A DNA stretch of 64,000 nt from Chloroflexota bacterium. Its GTDB lineage: Bacteria > Chloroflexota > Dehalococcoidia > DSGV01. The stretch lies in contig JAJYLG010000006.1 of the NCBI GenBank assembly GCA_021787985.1, forward strand, positions 7,611 through 71,610. Direction: 5' to 3'. The notes below the pieces were generated by a model, which was not told where the DNA came from, did no database searches, and saw only the letters and a list, made by a program, of their open reading frames with translations. Of the stretch, positions 21,678 to 30,623 are shown piece after piece (the first letter of the stretch is position 1; each line of letters opens with the position of its first letter). Made by a program: the position numbers and the translations under genes.

Positions 21678-22844
21678 ATGCGAACACACAAGGGCCTGAC
21701 GAGCCTGCTGGCCCTCATCGGCGTGGCCGTGCTGGCCGTCATCATCGGCCTGCTGCCGCGGGTCACGGCGCGGGCGGACCCGTCGGTCCCGACCCACGCG
21801 GTGGTCGATCCGTCGACCGTGCCGCCGCGCATCGAGTGCAAGTGGGAGCTGCCGGACGTCGACTCCGCGACGCCCGGCATCCAGTACGGCCTGGACGATG
21901 ACCCGACCCTCACGCCCGGCTACCCCTGCGCGCTGCCGACCAGCGGCGGGCCGCCGACCATGCCGGATCAGGTCCACCACATGATCCAGGTGAGGCCGAA
22001 CCTGGAGGACCTGCCGGAGCAGCGCCGCATCCAGCTCTGGATGGCGGTCGACCACCCGTTGGGGATCAGCGCCATCACCGACGTCTTCTGGCAGGTCTAT
22101 CATCCCGACGGCACGCTCAAGCTCCAGGTGCACGGCACGCAGGTCCCGCCCAGCTCGCCCGCATGCTCGGCGTGGGGCCCCATGTTCGACGCCGCGATCA
22201 GGAACGGTGAGCTGACGAGCGCGGCGGTCAATGACGTGAACTACGGCATGGTCGCCAAGTGCCTGCAGGACGAGAAGGCCTTCTACTACGCCGAGTTCCC
22301 GCTCAGCAAGGAGCAGATGTGCGGCGAGTACAAGATCGTGGCCACGGCGGTGGGCGTGGGCGGCACCACGACATCGCTGACGAACTACATCGACGTGCTC
22401 TGCGTCTTCGCCATCGACATCGACTTCAACCGGGTGGACTGGGGGAACATCTTCCCGGGTCTCACCAAGTGGGTGAGCGGCGACCTGATCTGGGACGTCC
22501 CGCCGGACAACAGGCCGACGGTGAAGAACATCGGCAACGACGGGATGGCTGTCAAGATCCAGTTCTCCGTCATGACCGGGACCAACTTCGGCAAGGTGAT
22601 CGAGCAGTTCGACGGGAAGTTCGGTCGCAGCCCTTCGACCCTGGCCTCCATCGATCCGCTCCCGGCAAACACCTGGGGTGACTTCGGCACGGGCACGAAC
22701 CAGGTGCTGTGCGCCAACGAGATCGGCAAGCTCGACCTGTCCATCCATCCGCCGTCGGTGCTGCCGGGTGACACCTACACCGGCAGGTTCGCCATCGCGG
22801 GCTACGCGGTGACGGGCCTCTGCAAGGGCAGCGTGCACCCGTAA
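21678..22844 (+). CDS. Secreted Cys-rich protein, paralog A of fibre locus
   Basis: AAGGAG RBS; signal peptide ending ARA; 8 Cys; closely similar to 23016..24254. Confidence 0.85.
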   Translation: MRTHKGLTSLLALIGVAVLAVIIGLLPRVTARADPSVPTHAVVDPSTVPPRIECKWELPDVDSATPGIQYGLDDDPTLTPGYPCALPTSGGPPTMPDQVHHMIQVRPNLEDLPEQRRIQLWMAVDHPLGISAITDVFWQVYHPDGTLKLQVHGTQVPPSSPACSAWGPMFDAAIRNGELTSAAVNDVNYGMVAKCLQDEKAFYYAEFPLSKEQMCGEYKIVATAVGVGGTTTSLTNYIDVLCVFAIDIDFNRVDWGNIFPGLTKWVSGDLIWDVPPDNRPTVKNIGNDGMAVKIQFSVMTGTNFGKVIEQFDGKFGRSPSTLASIDPLPANTWGDFGTGTNQVLCANEIGKLDLSIHPPSVLPGDTYTGRFAIAGYAVTGLCKGSVHP

Positions 22845-23015
22845 CGGAGGAGCAAGGGCTGGTGGTGGCCGCCCCTCGGGGCGGTAGTCAACGGTAGCCA
22901 GTGGGCGAGGATGCCGTCCGCCCCCGGCGGGCGGCATCCTTCCCGCCTCGGTCAGGTGGGCGGCCTCCCGGCTGGGAGAGGGAGGCCGCCGTTACGGGAA
23001 GGGGTGAGCAGGACG

Positions 23016-24254
23016 ATGAGCGACGGTCACGCGCGGCTCTTTCGCCTGGGATGCGCCGTTGGCGTGGGGCTGCTGGCCGTCGTGATCGGCCTGCTGCCGC
23101 GGCTGACGGCGCGGGCGACCGATGGCGCGGGCACCAGCGTACCGACCAGCGCCGTGGTCGATCCGACGGGCATGAAGCCGAACATCGAGTGCAAGTGGGA
23201 GCTGCCGGACATGGACTCCTCCGTGGCCGGCATCCAGTACAGCAGGCCGGCACACACCCACGACGACGACATGAGCCTGGCGCCGGGCAGGCCCTGCGAC
23301 CTGCAGCGGGACGCAAGCGGCGCCCCCGCCGGCAAGCCGACCATGGCGGATGGCGTTCACCACATGATCCAGGTGAAGCCGAACCTGGAGGACCAGCCGG
23401 AGCAGCGCCGCATCCAGCTCTGGATGGCGGTTGACCACCCGGCGGGGCTGGGCGCCATCACCGACGTCTTCTGGGACGTCTACCATCCCGACGGCTCGAA
23501 GAAGGTGCAGGCGCACGGCACCCGCGTGCTACCCGGCTCGTCCGAGTGCCAGGCTTGGGGATCCGGCGGCGGCCCGGACGGCTCCATGTTCGAGGCGGCG
23601 GTGCACACCGGTCAGCTCACGGCGGCCGCGGTGGACGATGAGAACTTCGGCATGGTGGCCAAGTGCTTTCAGGAGGAGAAGGCCTTCTACTACGGGGAGT
23701 TCTCGCTCAGCAAAGACCAGATGTGCGGCGAGTACAAGATCGTGGCCACGGCGGTCGGCGTGGGCGGCACGACGACCTCGCTGATGAACTATATCGATGT
23801 CCTTTGTGTCTTCGCGCTGGATATCGACTTCAACCGGGTGGACTGGGGCCTGATCTACCCCGGCGTCAGCGATGTGGTCAGCGGCGACCTGATCTGGAAC
23901 GTCCCGCCCGACAACGCGCCGACGGTGAGGAACATCGGCAACGACGGGATGGGCGTGAAGGTCCACTTCAGCACGATGACCGGCGCCCAGTGGGCCAAGA
24001 CGATCGACCGGTTCGACGCGAAATTCGGCCGCAGCGCGGCGACGCTCGTCACGCGCGACCCGATCCCGGCGAACCAGTGGGTTGACTTCGGCAGCGGCGC
24101 GGCACAGGTCTTGTGCGCCAACGAGCTGGGCAAGCTTGACCTGTCCATCCACCCGCCAGGAACGCTACCGGGCGACACCTACACGGGGTCCTTCGATATC
24201 GCCGGCTTCAGCGTGCCCGGCGAGTGCAAGGGCAGCGCGCACGTGAGCGGCTGA
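23016..24254 (+). CDS. Secreted Cys-rich protein, paralog B of fibre locus
   Basis: Shares IECKWELPD, HHMIQVxPNLEDxPEQRRIQLWMAVDHP, QMCGEYKIVATAVG, LDLSIHPP with paralog A. Confidence 0.85.
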   Translation: MSDGHARLFRLGCAVGVGLLAVVIGLLPRLTARATDGAGTSVPTSAVVDPTGMKPNIECKWELPDMDSSVAGIQYSRPAHTHDDDMSLAPGRPCDLQRDASGAPAGKPTMADGVHHMIQVKPNLEDQPEQRRIQLWMAVDHPAGLGAITDVFWDVYHPDGSKKVQAHGTRVLPGSSECQAWGSGGGPDGSMFEAAVHTGQLTAAAVDDENFGMVAKCFQEEKAFYYGEFSLSKDQMCGEYKIVATAVGVGGTTTSLMNYIDVLCVFALDIDFNRVDWGLIYPGVSDVVSGDLIWNVPPDNAPTVRNIGNDGMGVKVHFSTMTGAQWAKTIDRFDAKFGRSAATLVTRDPIPANQWVDFGSGAAQVLCANELGKLDLSIHPPGTLPGDTYTGSFDIAGFSVPGECKGSAHVSG

Positions 24255-24333
24255 AGGGGCGGCCGGCCGGCCGCCTGAGGCGGGCTGTCACCGCCGACAA
24301 GGATTGGAGCTCGGCGAAGAAGGAGCACACGGG

Positions 24334-25689
24334 ATGACGAACGAAGGTCGGAGACGAGCGCTGGGTCTCATCATCGCCATTGGCCTCGGGCTCGCGGGCG
24401 TGCTCGTGGGAGCGCTGCCCGCCGCAGCCGACGGCGTGGCCGTGTACCCCACTCGCGTCGGGTTCGAGGACGCCCTGCGCGGAGGCGAGTACTTCCGCAC
24501 CGTCGGCGTCACCAACATCAGCGACACGGAGCGCGTCTTCCGCTTCGAGAGTGACGGTCCGGCGGCGCCATGGCTCTCGTTCGTCGACTCCGGCGACCGG
24601 GCGAAGCCCGTGGACAAGCTCACGGTGGCGCCGCGGGCGGAGAGCCACGTCCTGCTGCGCCTCGCCGTCCCGGGGGAGGCGCCCAACGGGCAGTACACGG
24701 CCAACGTCCGCGTGCTGGCCTCCCTGGCGCCGATCGAGCAGAAGGACAAGGGCGCCGGAGCCAGCGTGAGCGTCGGCGCCGAGATCGCGGTGACGGTGGC
24801 GGTAGGGGGAACGCAGAAGCTCGCGGCCGCGGTCGAGGACATCGCCGTTGACGACACCGAGGTGGGCTACCCGGTGCGGCTGAAGGCCACGATCCGGAAC
24901 TCGGGCAACGTCCTGATCGTGCCCGAGATCCGCGTCAAGCTGACCGCCGGCAGCGGGGCCGCCGTCGCCGAGAAGAGCTTCGGCGGCAACCCGGTCTACG
25001 CGAATGAGAACCGGGTGATCACCGCGGAGCTGGACACCAAGAACATGCTGCCGGGCGACTACGTGGCCCGCGTGAGCATCACCGCCGCGTCACTGGACCT
25101 CGGCAGCCGGGACCTGCGGTTCAAGCTCCTGCCGCCCGGCACCCTGACCCGTCAAGGGACGCTGGAGCGGCTGGAGCTGGTGAACCGCCCGGTGCCCGGC
25201 TCGGTCGCCAAGTTCAGGGCGGTGTTCGTCAATACGGGCAAGATCGACTCCAAGGCCACGTTCATCGGCGAGCTGTACCGCGGGTCGACGTTGGTCAAGG
25301 CCATCACTGGTGTGGAGCGGCTGGTGCCCGCGGGCGAGCGGGCCTCGCTGGAGGTCTTCGTCGATGTGCCTCAAGGTGGCCGCTACACCCTCAAGGGCAA
25401 GGTCAGCTTCGAAGGCAAGGACACGGAGAGCAAGGAGCTGACGTTCCAGGTCGCCGGCGCGGCCGGGCGGCCGGCGTGGATGTACGGCGCCGGCGGCGCG
25501 CTGGCTGCCGTCGTGCTGCTGGCCGCGGCGGGTGGGTGGCTGCTGCTACGGCGCAGGCGCTCGGCCGCGAGGCGAGCCGCCGCGCCGGGCGGCCTCGTCC
25601 CCCCGCCAGTCCGCGGGGGCGGGCTGCCGCGCCAGGACCCGGACGACGCCCGCTACGGCGGGACGACCGCTGGAGGTGGCGGGAGCTGA
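24334..25689 (+). CDS. Membrane-anchored multi-Ig-like exported protein (DUF916/WxL-interacting-like architecture)
   Basis: Signal peptide; beta-rich repeats (VTNISD, IRNSGNV, FVNTGKI); C-terminal TM followed by RRRRR. Confidence 0.65.
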   Translation: MTNEGRRRALGLIIAIGLGLAGVLVGALPAAADGVAVYPTRVGFEDALRGGEYFRTVGVTNISDTERVFRFESDGPAAPWLSFVDSGDRAKPVDKLTVAPRAESHVLLRLAVPGEAPNGQYTANVRVLASLAPIEQKDKGAGASVSVGAEIAVTVAVGGTQKLAAAVEDIAVDDTEVGYPVRLKATIRNSGNVLIVPEIRVKLTAGSGAAVAEKSFGGNPVYANENRVITAELDTKNMLPGDYVARVSITAASLDLGSRDLRFKLLPPGTLTRQGTLERLELVNRPVPGSVAKFRAVFVNTGKIDSKATFIGELYRGSTLVKAITGVERLVPAGERASLEVFVDVPQGGRYTLKGKVSFEGKDTESKELTFQVAGAAGRPAWMYGAGGALAAVVLLAAAGGWLLLRRRRSAARRAAAPGGLVPPPVRGGGLPRQDPDDARYGGTTAGGGGS

Positions 25690-25722
25690 CCCGGGTGGCG
25701 GCTCCGAGAAAGGGGGTCGGGC

Positions 25723-27066
25723 ATGGGATCGCTCCGCGCCAGGCGGGCTCTCGCCTCCGCCGTTTCGTGGCTGGCCTGGCTCTGCCTGTGCGTGGCGGTC
25801 TCCCTGCCGCTGGCGGTCGCGCTCGGCTCCCTCTCCGGGTCGGCGCTGACCGGCGGCACGTCGCCGGACGGGGGCGGCTGGGCGGTGAGCGACATCCACT
25901 ACACGATGGACGGCGACGCCGCGGTGGTGGGCGTCAGCTTCAAGCTCACGGGGGCGAATCCGATCTCCGTCGAGGTCAGGCTCAACGACACGACCTCGCC
26001 CTGGTACCCGTGCGGCAGCGGCGGGGCCGACGCCTGGACCTGCGACACGACGGTCGGCGGCACGACGACCGCGCGCGACGTGACGCAGCTCGTGGTGCGT
26101 GTCGCCGAGCTGCCGACCAACGCGCCGCCCAAGGTCGAGTGGGCCTGGGAGCTGCCGGACATGCAGCCGGGCGCAGCGGGCATCCAGTACGGCACCACGG
26201 CCGACCCGCACCAGCACGACCACGACATGCTGGTGGGGCCGTCCAGCCCGCCGGCCGACCACCACATGATGCAGGTCGTCCCCAATCTGGACGACCAGCC
26301 CGAGGCGCGCCGGATCGAGTACTGGCTGGCGGCCGAGGACCCCGACGGGGTCGACGACATCAAGACCGCTTCCGTCAGGGTGTATCGGCCCGACGGGTCG
26401 CTCCTCTACGAGCTGCCGATGACGAAGGCCGCGTGCGCGGACCTGGGCAGCGCGACGACGGTCGGCACGCCGCTGGAGGCGGCCGTGCACAGCGGGCAGA
26501 TGCCGGCCGCCGAGGCGGGCTCCATCGTCGACAAGTGCGGCAGCGGTGGCAAGGCGCTCTACCGCGCGGTCGGCGAGCTGGGCCGGAAGGAGCCCCCGGG
26601 CGAGTACAAGGTCGTGGCGTCAGTGGCGGATGAGTCTGGCGCGACGGACGCCATCGTCAACTACTTCGACGTGCTGGCCGTCCTGGGCCTGCAGGTCGAC
26701 TTCGACGGGGTGGATTTCGGCTCCGTCACGCCCAATCAGCCGGCCTGGGTCACGGGCGACACGGCCTGGAATCCGCCCAGCGACTCACACCCGACGGTCA
26801 GGAACGTCGGCAACACGGACCTGCACCTGAACGCGACGTTCAGCGCGATGGCAGGCGCGAGCCACGGCGGCAAGATCGCCAGCTTCGGCGCTCAGCTCGA
26901 CGCGGAGAAGGCCGACCCGGTCGCCCCAGCGACGGACGTGTGCTTCAGCCACGCGCTGGGGCCGACGGCGCTGGCCCGGCTCGACCTGGGTGTCCATCCG
27001 GGAAGCATCGCGGCGGACACGTACCAGGGAACGCTGACCCTGGCGGCCAGCGCGAGCTGCCCGTAG
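25723..27066 (+). CDS. Secreted fusion protein: subunit-like N-domain plus paralog A/B domain (paralog C)
   Basis: N-part resembles 27188..27577; C-part has WELPD, HHMMQVVPNLDDQPE, GEYKVVA, PTVRNVGN, LDLGVHP. Confidence 0.8.
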   Translation: MGSLRARRALASAVSWLAWLCLCVAVSLPLAVALGSLSGSALTGGTSPDGGGWAVSDIHYTMDGDAAVVGVSFKLTGANPISVEVRLNDTTSPWYPCGSGGADAWTCDTTVGGTTTARDVTQLVVRVAELPTNAPPKVEWAWELPDMQPGAAGIQYGTTADPHQHDHDMLVGPSSPPADHHMMQVVPNLDDQPEARRIEYWLAAEDPDGVDDIKTASVRVYRPDGSLLYELPMTKAACADLGSATTVGTPLEAAVHSGQMPAAEAGSIVDKCGSGGKALYRAVGELGRKEPPGEYKVVASVADESGATDAIVNYFDVLAVLGLQVDFDGVDFGSVTPNQPAWVTGDTAWNPPSDSHPTVRNVGNTDLHLNATFSAMAGASHGGKIASFGAQLDAEKADPVAPATDVCFSHALGPTALARLDLGVHPGSIAADTYQGTLTLAASASCP

Positions 27067-27187
27067 GAGAGGGGGTGAGCTGCGCCGAGTGATGCGAACA
27101 CGTCCGGCGCGCACGTAGGGGCGCGCAACGCCCATGAGGCGGACCAAGAGACGAACACGACTCTTCGAAGAAACGAGGGAGAACATC

Positions 27188-27577
27188 ATGAAACGAATCC
27201 TGAACATCCGCCTGATCGCGGCGCTGGCGGTGCTGGCCATCCTGGGCACCGCCGCCTACGCCTTCACGGCCACCAACACGGTGGGCGGCTCGGTGGCCGG
27301 CGAGGGGCAGGCCGCGGTCACCGGCTATACCGACGTCAATCTCGTGCACTACACGTTCAGCAATACCGACGGCACCATCACGACGGTCCGGGTGGACGTC
27401 GGTGCGGCGGCGAACCAGGTCTCCGTGCGGTTGTACAACACGGGGTCGGGCAGCGGGTGGACCGGCTACTACGGCTGCGGCTACACGGGATCGGGCCACG
27501 TTTGGGACTGCAGCACCCCCAGCAGCGGCGTAACGGTCGGGAACTTCACCAACATCAGCGTCGCCGCGGTGCAGTGA
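27188..27577 (+). CDS. Small secreted subunit with SipW-type signal peptide (candidate major fibre subunit)
   Basis: MKRILNIRLIAALAVLAILGTAAYA-FTATNTV; Thr/Gly/Ser-rich beta protein with 2 Cys. Confidence 0.75.
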   Translation: MKRILNIRLIAALAVLAILGTAAYAFTATNTVGGSVAGEGQAAVTGYTDVNLVHYTFSNTDGTITTVRVDVGAAANQVSVRLYNTGSGSGWTGYYGCGYTGSGHVWDCSTPSSGVTVGNFTNISVAAVQ

Positions 27578-27591
27578 CGGTGAGCGAGGAG

Positions 27592-27615
27592 GGGGCGCCG
27601 GCGGCTCGGCGCCCC
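27592..27615 (+). terminator. GC-rich stem-loop after the candidate major subunit
   Basis: GGGGCGCCG-gcggct-CGGCGCCCC 9-bp stem, no U-tract. Confidence 0.45.
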
Positions 27616-27786
27616 TCTCCGCTCCATTGAAGGGAGTGCGCGTGGGGTGAGATCGATCGGCGGCCTGCCTGGCCTGCCTGACTGGCAGGCAGGCCGGCAG
27701 ACAGGCGGCGGCGAGCGGGTCGCGCGGGCGAAGAGGTCCGCGTGGTCCGCTGCTCGACGGGCCGGCGCGGCCGGGAGAGGCCGCGG

Positions 27787-29391
27787 ATGAGGCTTGCGCG
27801 CGGCTCGATCGCGACCGCCGGCGGCGTCGTGCTGCTGGTGCTGACGGCGCTGGCGTGGATCGCCCTTGCGCCGACCCAGGCCGGGGGACGGGCGACGTAC
27901 GTCATCACCTCCGGCACGAGCATGGAGCCGCGCTTTCACAGCGGCGACCTGGCACTCCTGCGCCGCGCCTCGCAGTACGAGGTAGGCGAGGTCGTCGGCT
28001 ACCGCGACCCACAGGTCGGCCGCGTGTTGCACCGCATCGTCGGGCAGGAAGGGGGTCGATTCGTCATGAAAGGCGACAGCAACTCGTGGCTGGATCCGTA
28101 TCAGCCGGGATCGTCGGAGGTCCTCGGCCGGCTGTGGCTGCGTGTCCCCAAGCTCGGGGGCTGGCTTGCCGGGCTGCGTCAGCCGCGGGTCGCCACGGTC
28201 CTGGCGGTGATCGGCGGGGGACTGCTGCTGGCGGTGCCGGCTGCCGGCGAGGGTCGCCGCCGACGGAGGCTGGGCCGCGGCGGCCCGCGCGCGTCCGATC
28301 CGTCGCCCGGCCGCGGGCCAACCGGGCTGCTCGGCGTTGGCGGACAGCTCGCGGCCGGCGCCCTGGGGGTGATGGCCGCCGTTTCCGTGCTTCTGGCCGC
28401 GTTCGCCTTCAGCCGGCCAGCGCGACACCAGACGACCGCGCAGCTCAGGTACCAGCACCACGGCAGCTTCGTCTACACAGCGGCGGCGCGCGGCGGCGTG
28501 TACGACGGCGAGGGGGCGACCACCGGCCAGCCGGTCTTCCGCAAGCTTGCCGACAAGGTGAGCATCAGCTTCGACTACGGCCTCGCGGGCGACGCGCTCA
28601 CCGGCGTGCGGGGCGACTACCGGCTGGACGCAGTCGTCAGCCACGAGGACGGCTGGACGCGTACGGTTGTCCTCGCGCCCGAGACGCCGTTCACCGGCGA
28701 CCGTGTCACCATGACCGGCGTCCTCGACCTGCAGAAGGTGCAGGCGCTGATCGACGCGCTGCAGCAGCAGGCGGGCATTTCGAGCCAGACGCAGCGGCGC
28801 TACCGGGTGAGCGTCGTGCCGACCGTGAAGCTGACGGGCACCCTGGGCGGCGCCGTCTTCCAAGATACGTTCGCGCCGGCGCTCAAGTTCCTGCTCGATC
28901 CCGTGGAGCTGCAACTGGATCGCGGCGGCTCCGAGAAGGCGGACCAGCTCTCGCCCACGACCGCCGGGATGGTGACGCAAACGCGAACGGTGCCCGGTCA
29001 TCTCTCGCTGCTGGCGTGGCAGCCGCAGGTCGTGGCGGCGCGGCAGGTCGCGGTCGCCGGGCTGGTCATCGCCGCGCTGGGCGCGCTCGTCCTGGCCATC
29101 CTGACGCGGCGGGCGGAGCGCGTCGAGGAGCCGTCACGGATTCGCGCGCGCTACGGCCCACTGCTGGTGACGCTGCGCGGCTCGGACCTGGGTACCAAGG
29201 GACGGCTGGTGGAGGTGGCCAGCATCGAGGACCTGGTCAAGGTGGCCGAGCGCGAGGGCCGGATGGTGCTCCACGAGCAGACCGGCTCGACTCATGACTA
29301 CTTCGTGCAGGACGTGGACGTGACGTACCGCTACCGCACGTCCGGGCGGGAGACGGGCGCGGGCCAGCCAGCGACGGAGGCGGCATCATGA
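27787..29391 (+). CDS. SipW/ER-type (S26B) signal peptidase I fused to a DUF5305-like exported domain
   Basis: SGTSMEP (Ser), VLHRIV (His), MKGDSN..D; three further hydrophobic segments and a large beta-rich domain. Confidence 0.85.
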   Translation: MRLARGSIATAGGVVLLVLTALAWIALAPTQAGGRATYVITSGTSMEPRFHSGDLALLRRASQYEVGEVVGYRDPQVGRVLHRIVGQEGGRFVMKGDSNSWLDPYQPGSSEVLGRLWLRVPKLGGWLAGLRQPRVATVLAVIGGGLLLAVPAAGEGRRRRRLGRGGPRASDPSPGRGPTGLLGVGGQLAAGALGVMAAVSVLLAAFAFSRPARHQTTAQLRYQHHGSFVYTAAARGGVYDGEGATTGQPVFRKLADKVSISFDYGLAGDALTGVRGDYRLDAVVSHEDGWTRTVVLAPETPFTGDRVTMTGVLDLQKVQALIDALQQQAGISSQTQRRYRVSVVPTVKLTGTLGGAVFQDTFAPALKFLLDPVELQLDRGGSEKADQLSPTTAGMVTQTRTVPGHLSLLAWQPQVVAARQVAVAGLVIAALGALVLAILTRRAERVEEPSRIRARYGPLLVTLRGSDLGTKGRLVEVASIEDLVKVAEREGRMVLHEQTGSTHDYFVQDVDVTYRYRTSGRETGAGQPATEAAS

Positions 29392-29894
29392 CCCGGAGCC
29401 GCGTTCTGCGCGTGCTCGTCCTCGCGCCGCTGCTGGTGGCGGTCGCCGCCATCGTGTTCGCTTTCACGGCGACCAACACGGTGCGACCCAGTCATGCCGG
29501 CGTCGCGACCACGTCGGTCGGGCACGTGGAGGCGGAGGTCGATATCCAGCCGGAGACGATCAACACCGACGACAAGGAACCGGCGCTGGTCCGCGTGTTC
29601 ATCACGTTGGAGGACGGGTATTCCGCGCCGAAGATCGACCCCGGCTCCGTGCGGCTGTGCTACCTGGCGAAATGCGTCGACAATAACGGCCATTCGCATC
29701 TCGTTCCCGGCGAGGACACGCTCCAGGTCGACTTCGACCGTGCCGTCGTGGCGACGCTCTTCCCCGCGGGCACGCCGACCTGCTCGGGGGGCGACAAGAA
29801 GGCGCAGGTGACGCTGAAGGTTACGGGTTCGCTGACGGGACCGCCGCTGGCCGTCTTCCAGGGCACGCATGCCCTGTGCCTGAGCAAGGACTGA
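29388..29894 (+). CDS. Second SipW-type substrate (candidate minor/tip subunit)
   Basis: IVFA-FTATNTVRPSHAG matches AYA-FTATNTVGGSVAG; ATGA overlap with peptidase. Confidence 0.75.
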   Translation: MTRSRVLRVLVLAPLLVAVAAIVFAFTATNTVRPSHAGVATTSVGHVEAEVDIQPETINTDDKEPALVRVFITLEDGYSAPKIDPGSVRLCYLAKCVDNNGHSHLVPGEDTLQVDFDRAVVATLFPAGTPTCSGGDKKAQVTLKVTGSLTGPPLAVFQGTHALCLSKD

Positions 29895-30278
29895 GGGTCT
29901 CGGGGTGCGCCCCCACGCCCGCCGCGCTGTCGGCGGGTCAGGGGGGTGGTCGAGGCGTCAGCGGGGTGACACGGGCGTTACTTACTTCATACCAGATTGT
30001 CACAGCGGCGTTATTGCATTGTTATCACGGCAAGAAGTAGCGTGCTGGGCGGTGAAGCCTGTTGGTGACGGGGCGGGGGCAAGCTCCGCGACGGGCCGAT
30101 TCGGCCGGCGAGGCTTGCAGACAGGCGGGAGCGTTCGCCCGCGACGCTTCGGCAAAGACGCGCGCCCGGAGCCGTCGGCTCGGTAACCGGGGGCTGGCAC
30201 CCGCGCAACGGTGCACGCGCCGCTTCGCCCGTCGCGGAGATGGGCTGAAAGGGGGTGTGGGCACAGCGGATTTGCAGG

Positions 30279-30470
30279 GTCACGAACATCGGCAACCAGC
30301 GCACTCGTCCGCCGCCAGGGGAGGTCGCGGTCAGGGACGGGTGGCCCGGGGGAGAAGCTCTTTCCGCATGTGCCGTGTGCGGCACGGTAGGTGCTTGGCG
30401 AATGCGCGCGGCGTCGACCGCGACCTCGGCGGCAGGACGGCGTGGCCAGAGGAGGTGCGGCCGGAGACCA
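30279..30470 (+). pseudogene. Decayed fragment of a DUF11/CARDB-like domain
   Basis: VTNIGNQRTRPPPGEVAVRD aligns with VTNIGTAATPPPPVEVMLRD in the downstream gene; weaker match continues in another frame. Confidence 0.5.
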
Positions 30471-30623
30471 GCGAGCGCTAGCTACCTCGACATTGTGTCG
30501 TGGGCCGGGACAGGGGAGAAGCCGGATCTCGCCGGTGCTCTCTCTCCCGGCGGTTTGCGAGACGCGTGATGAGGGCGGGGGACGCCCCGCCCCGGAACGG
30601 TTTCAGTGGAGGAACGAAGCGTC

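Noticed and set aside
21678-24254. Near-identical DNA blocks as an assembly duplication or CRISPR-like repeat
   Set aside because: They are coding paralogs with many synonymous differences and indels; no repeat-spacer periodicity.
25440-25689. Sortase (LPxTG) anchoring signal
   Set aside because: TM and basic tail are present, but there is no LPxTG before the TM and no sortase gene nearby.
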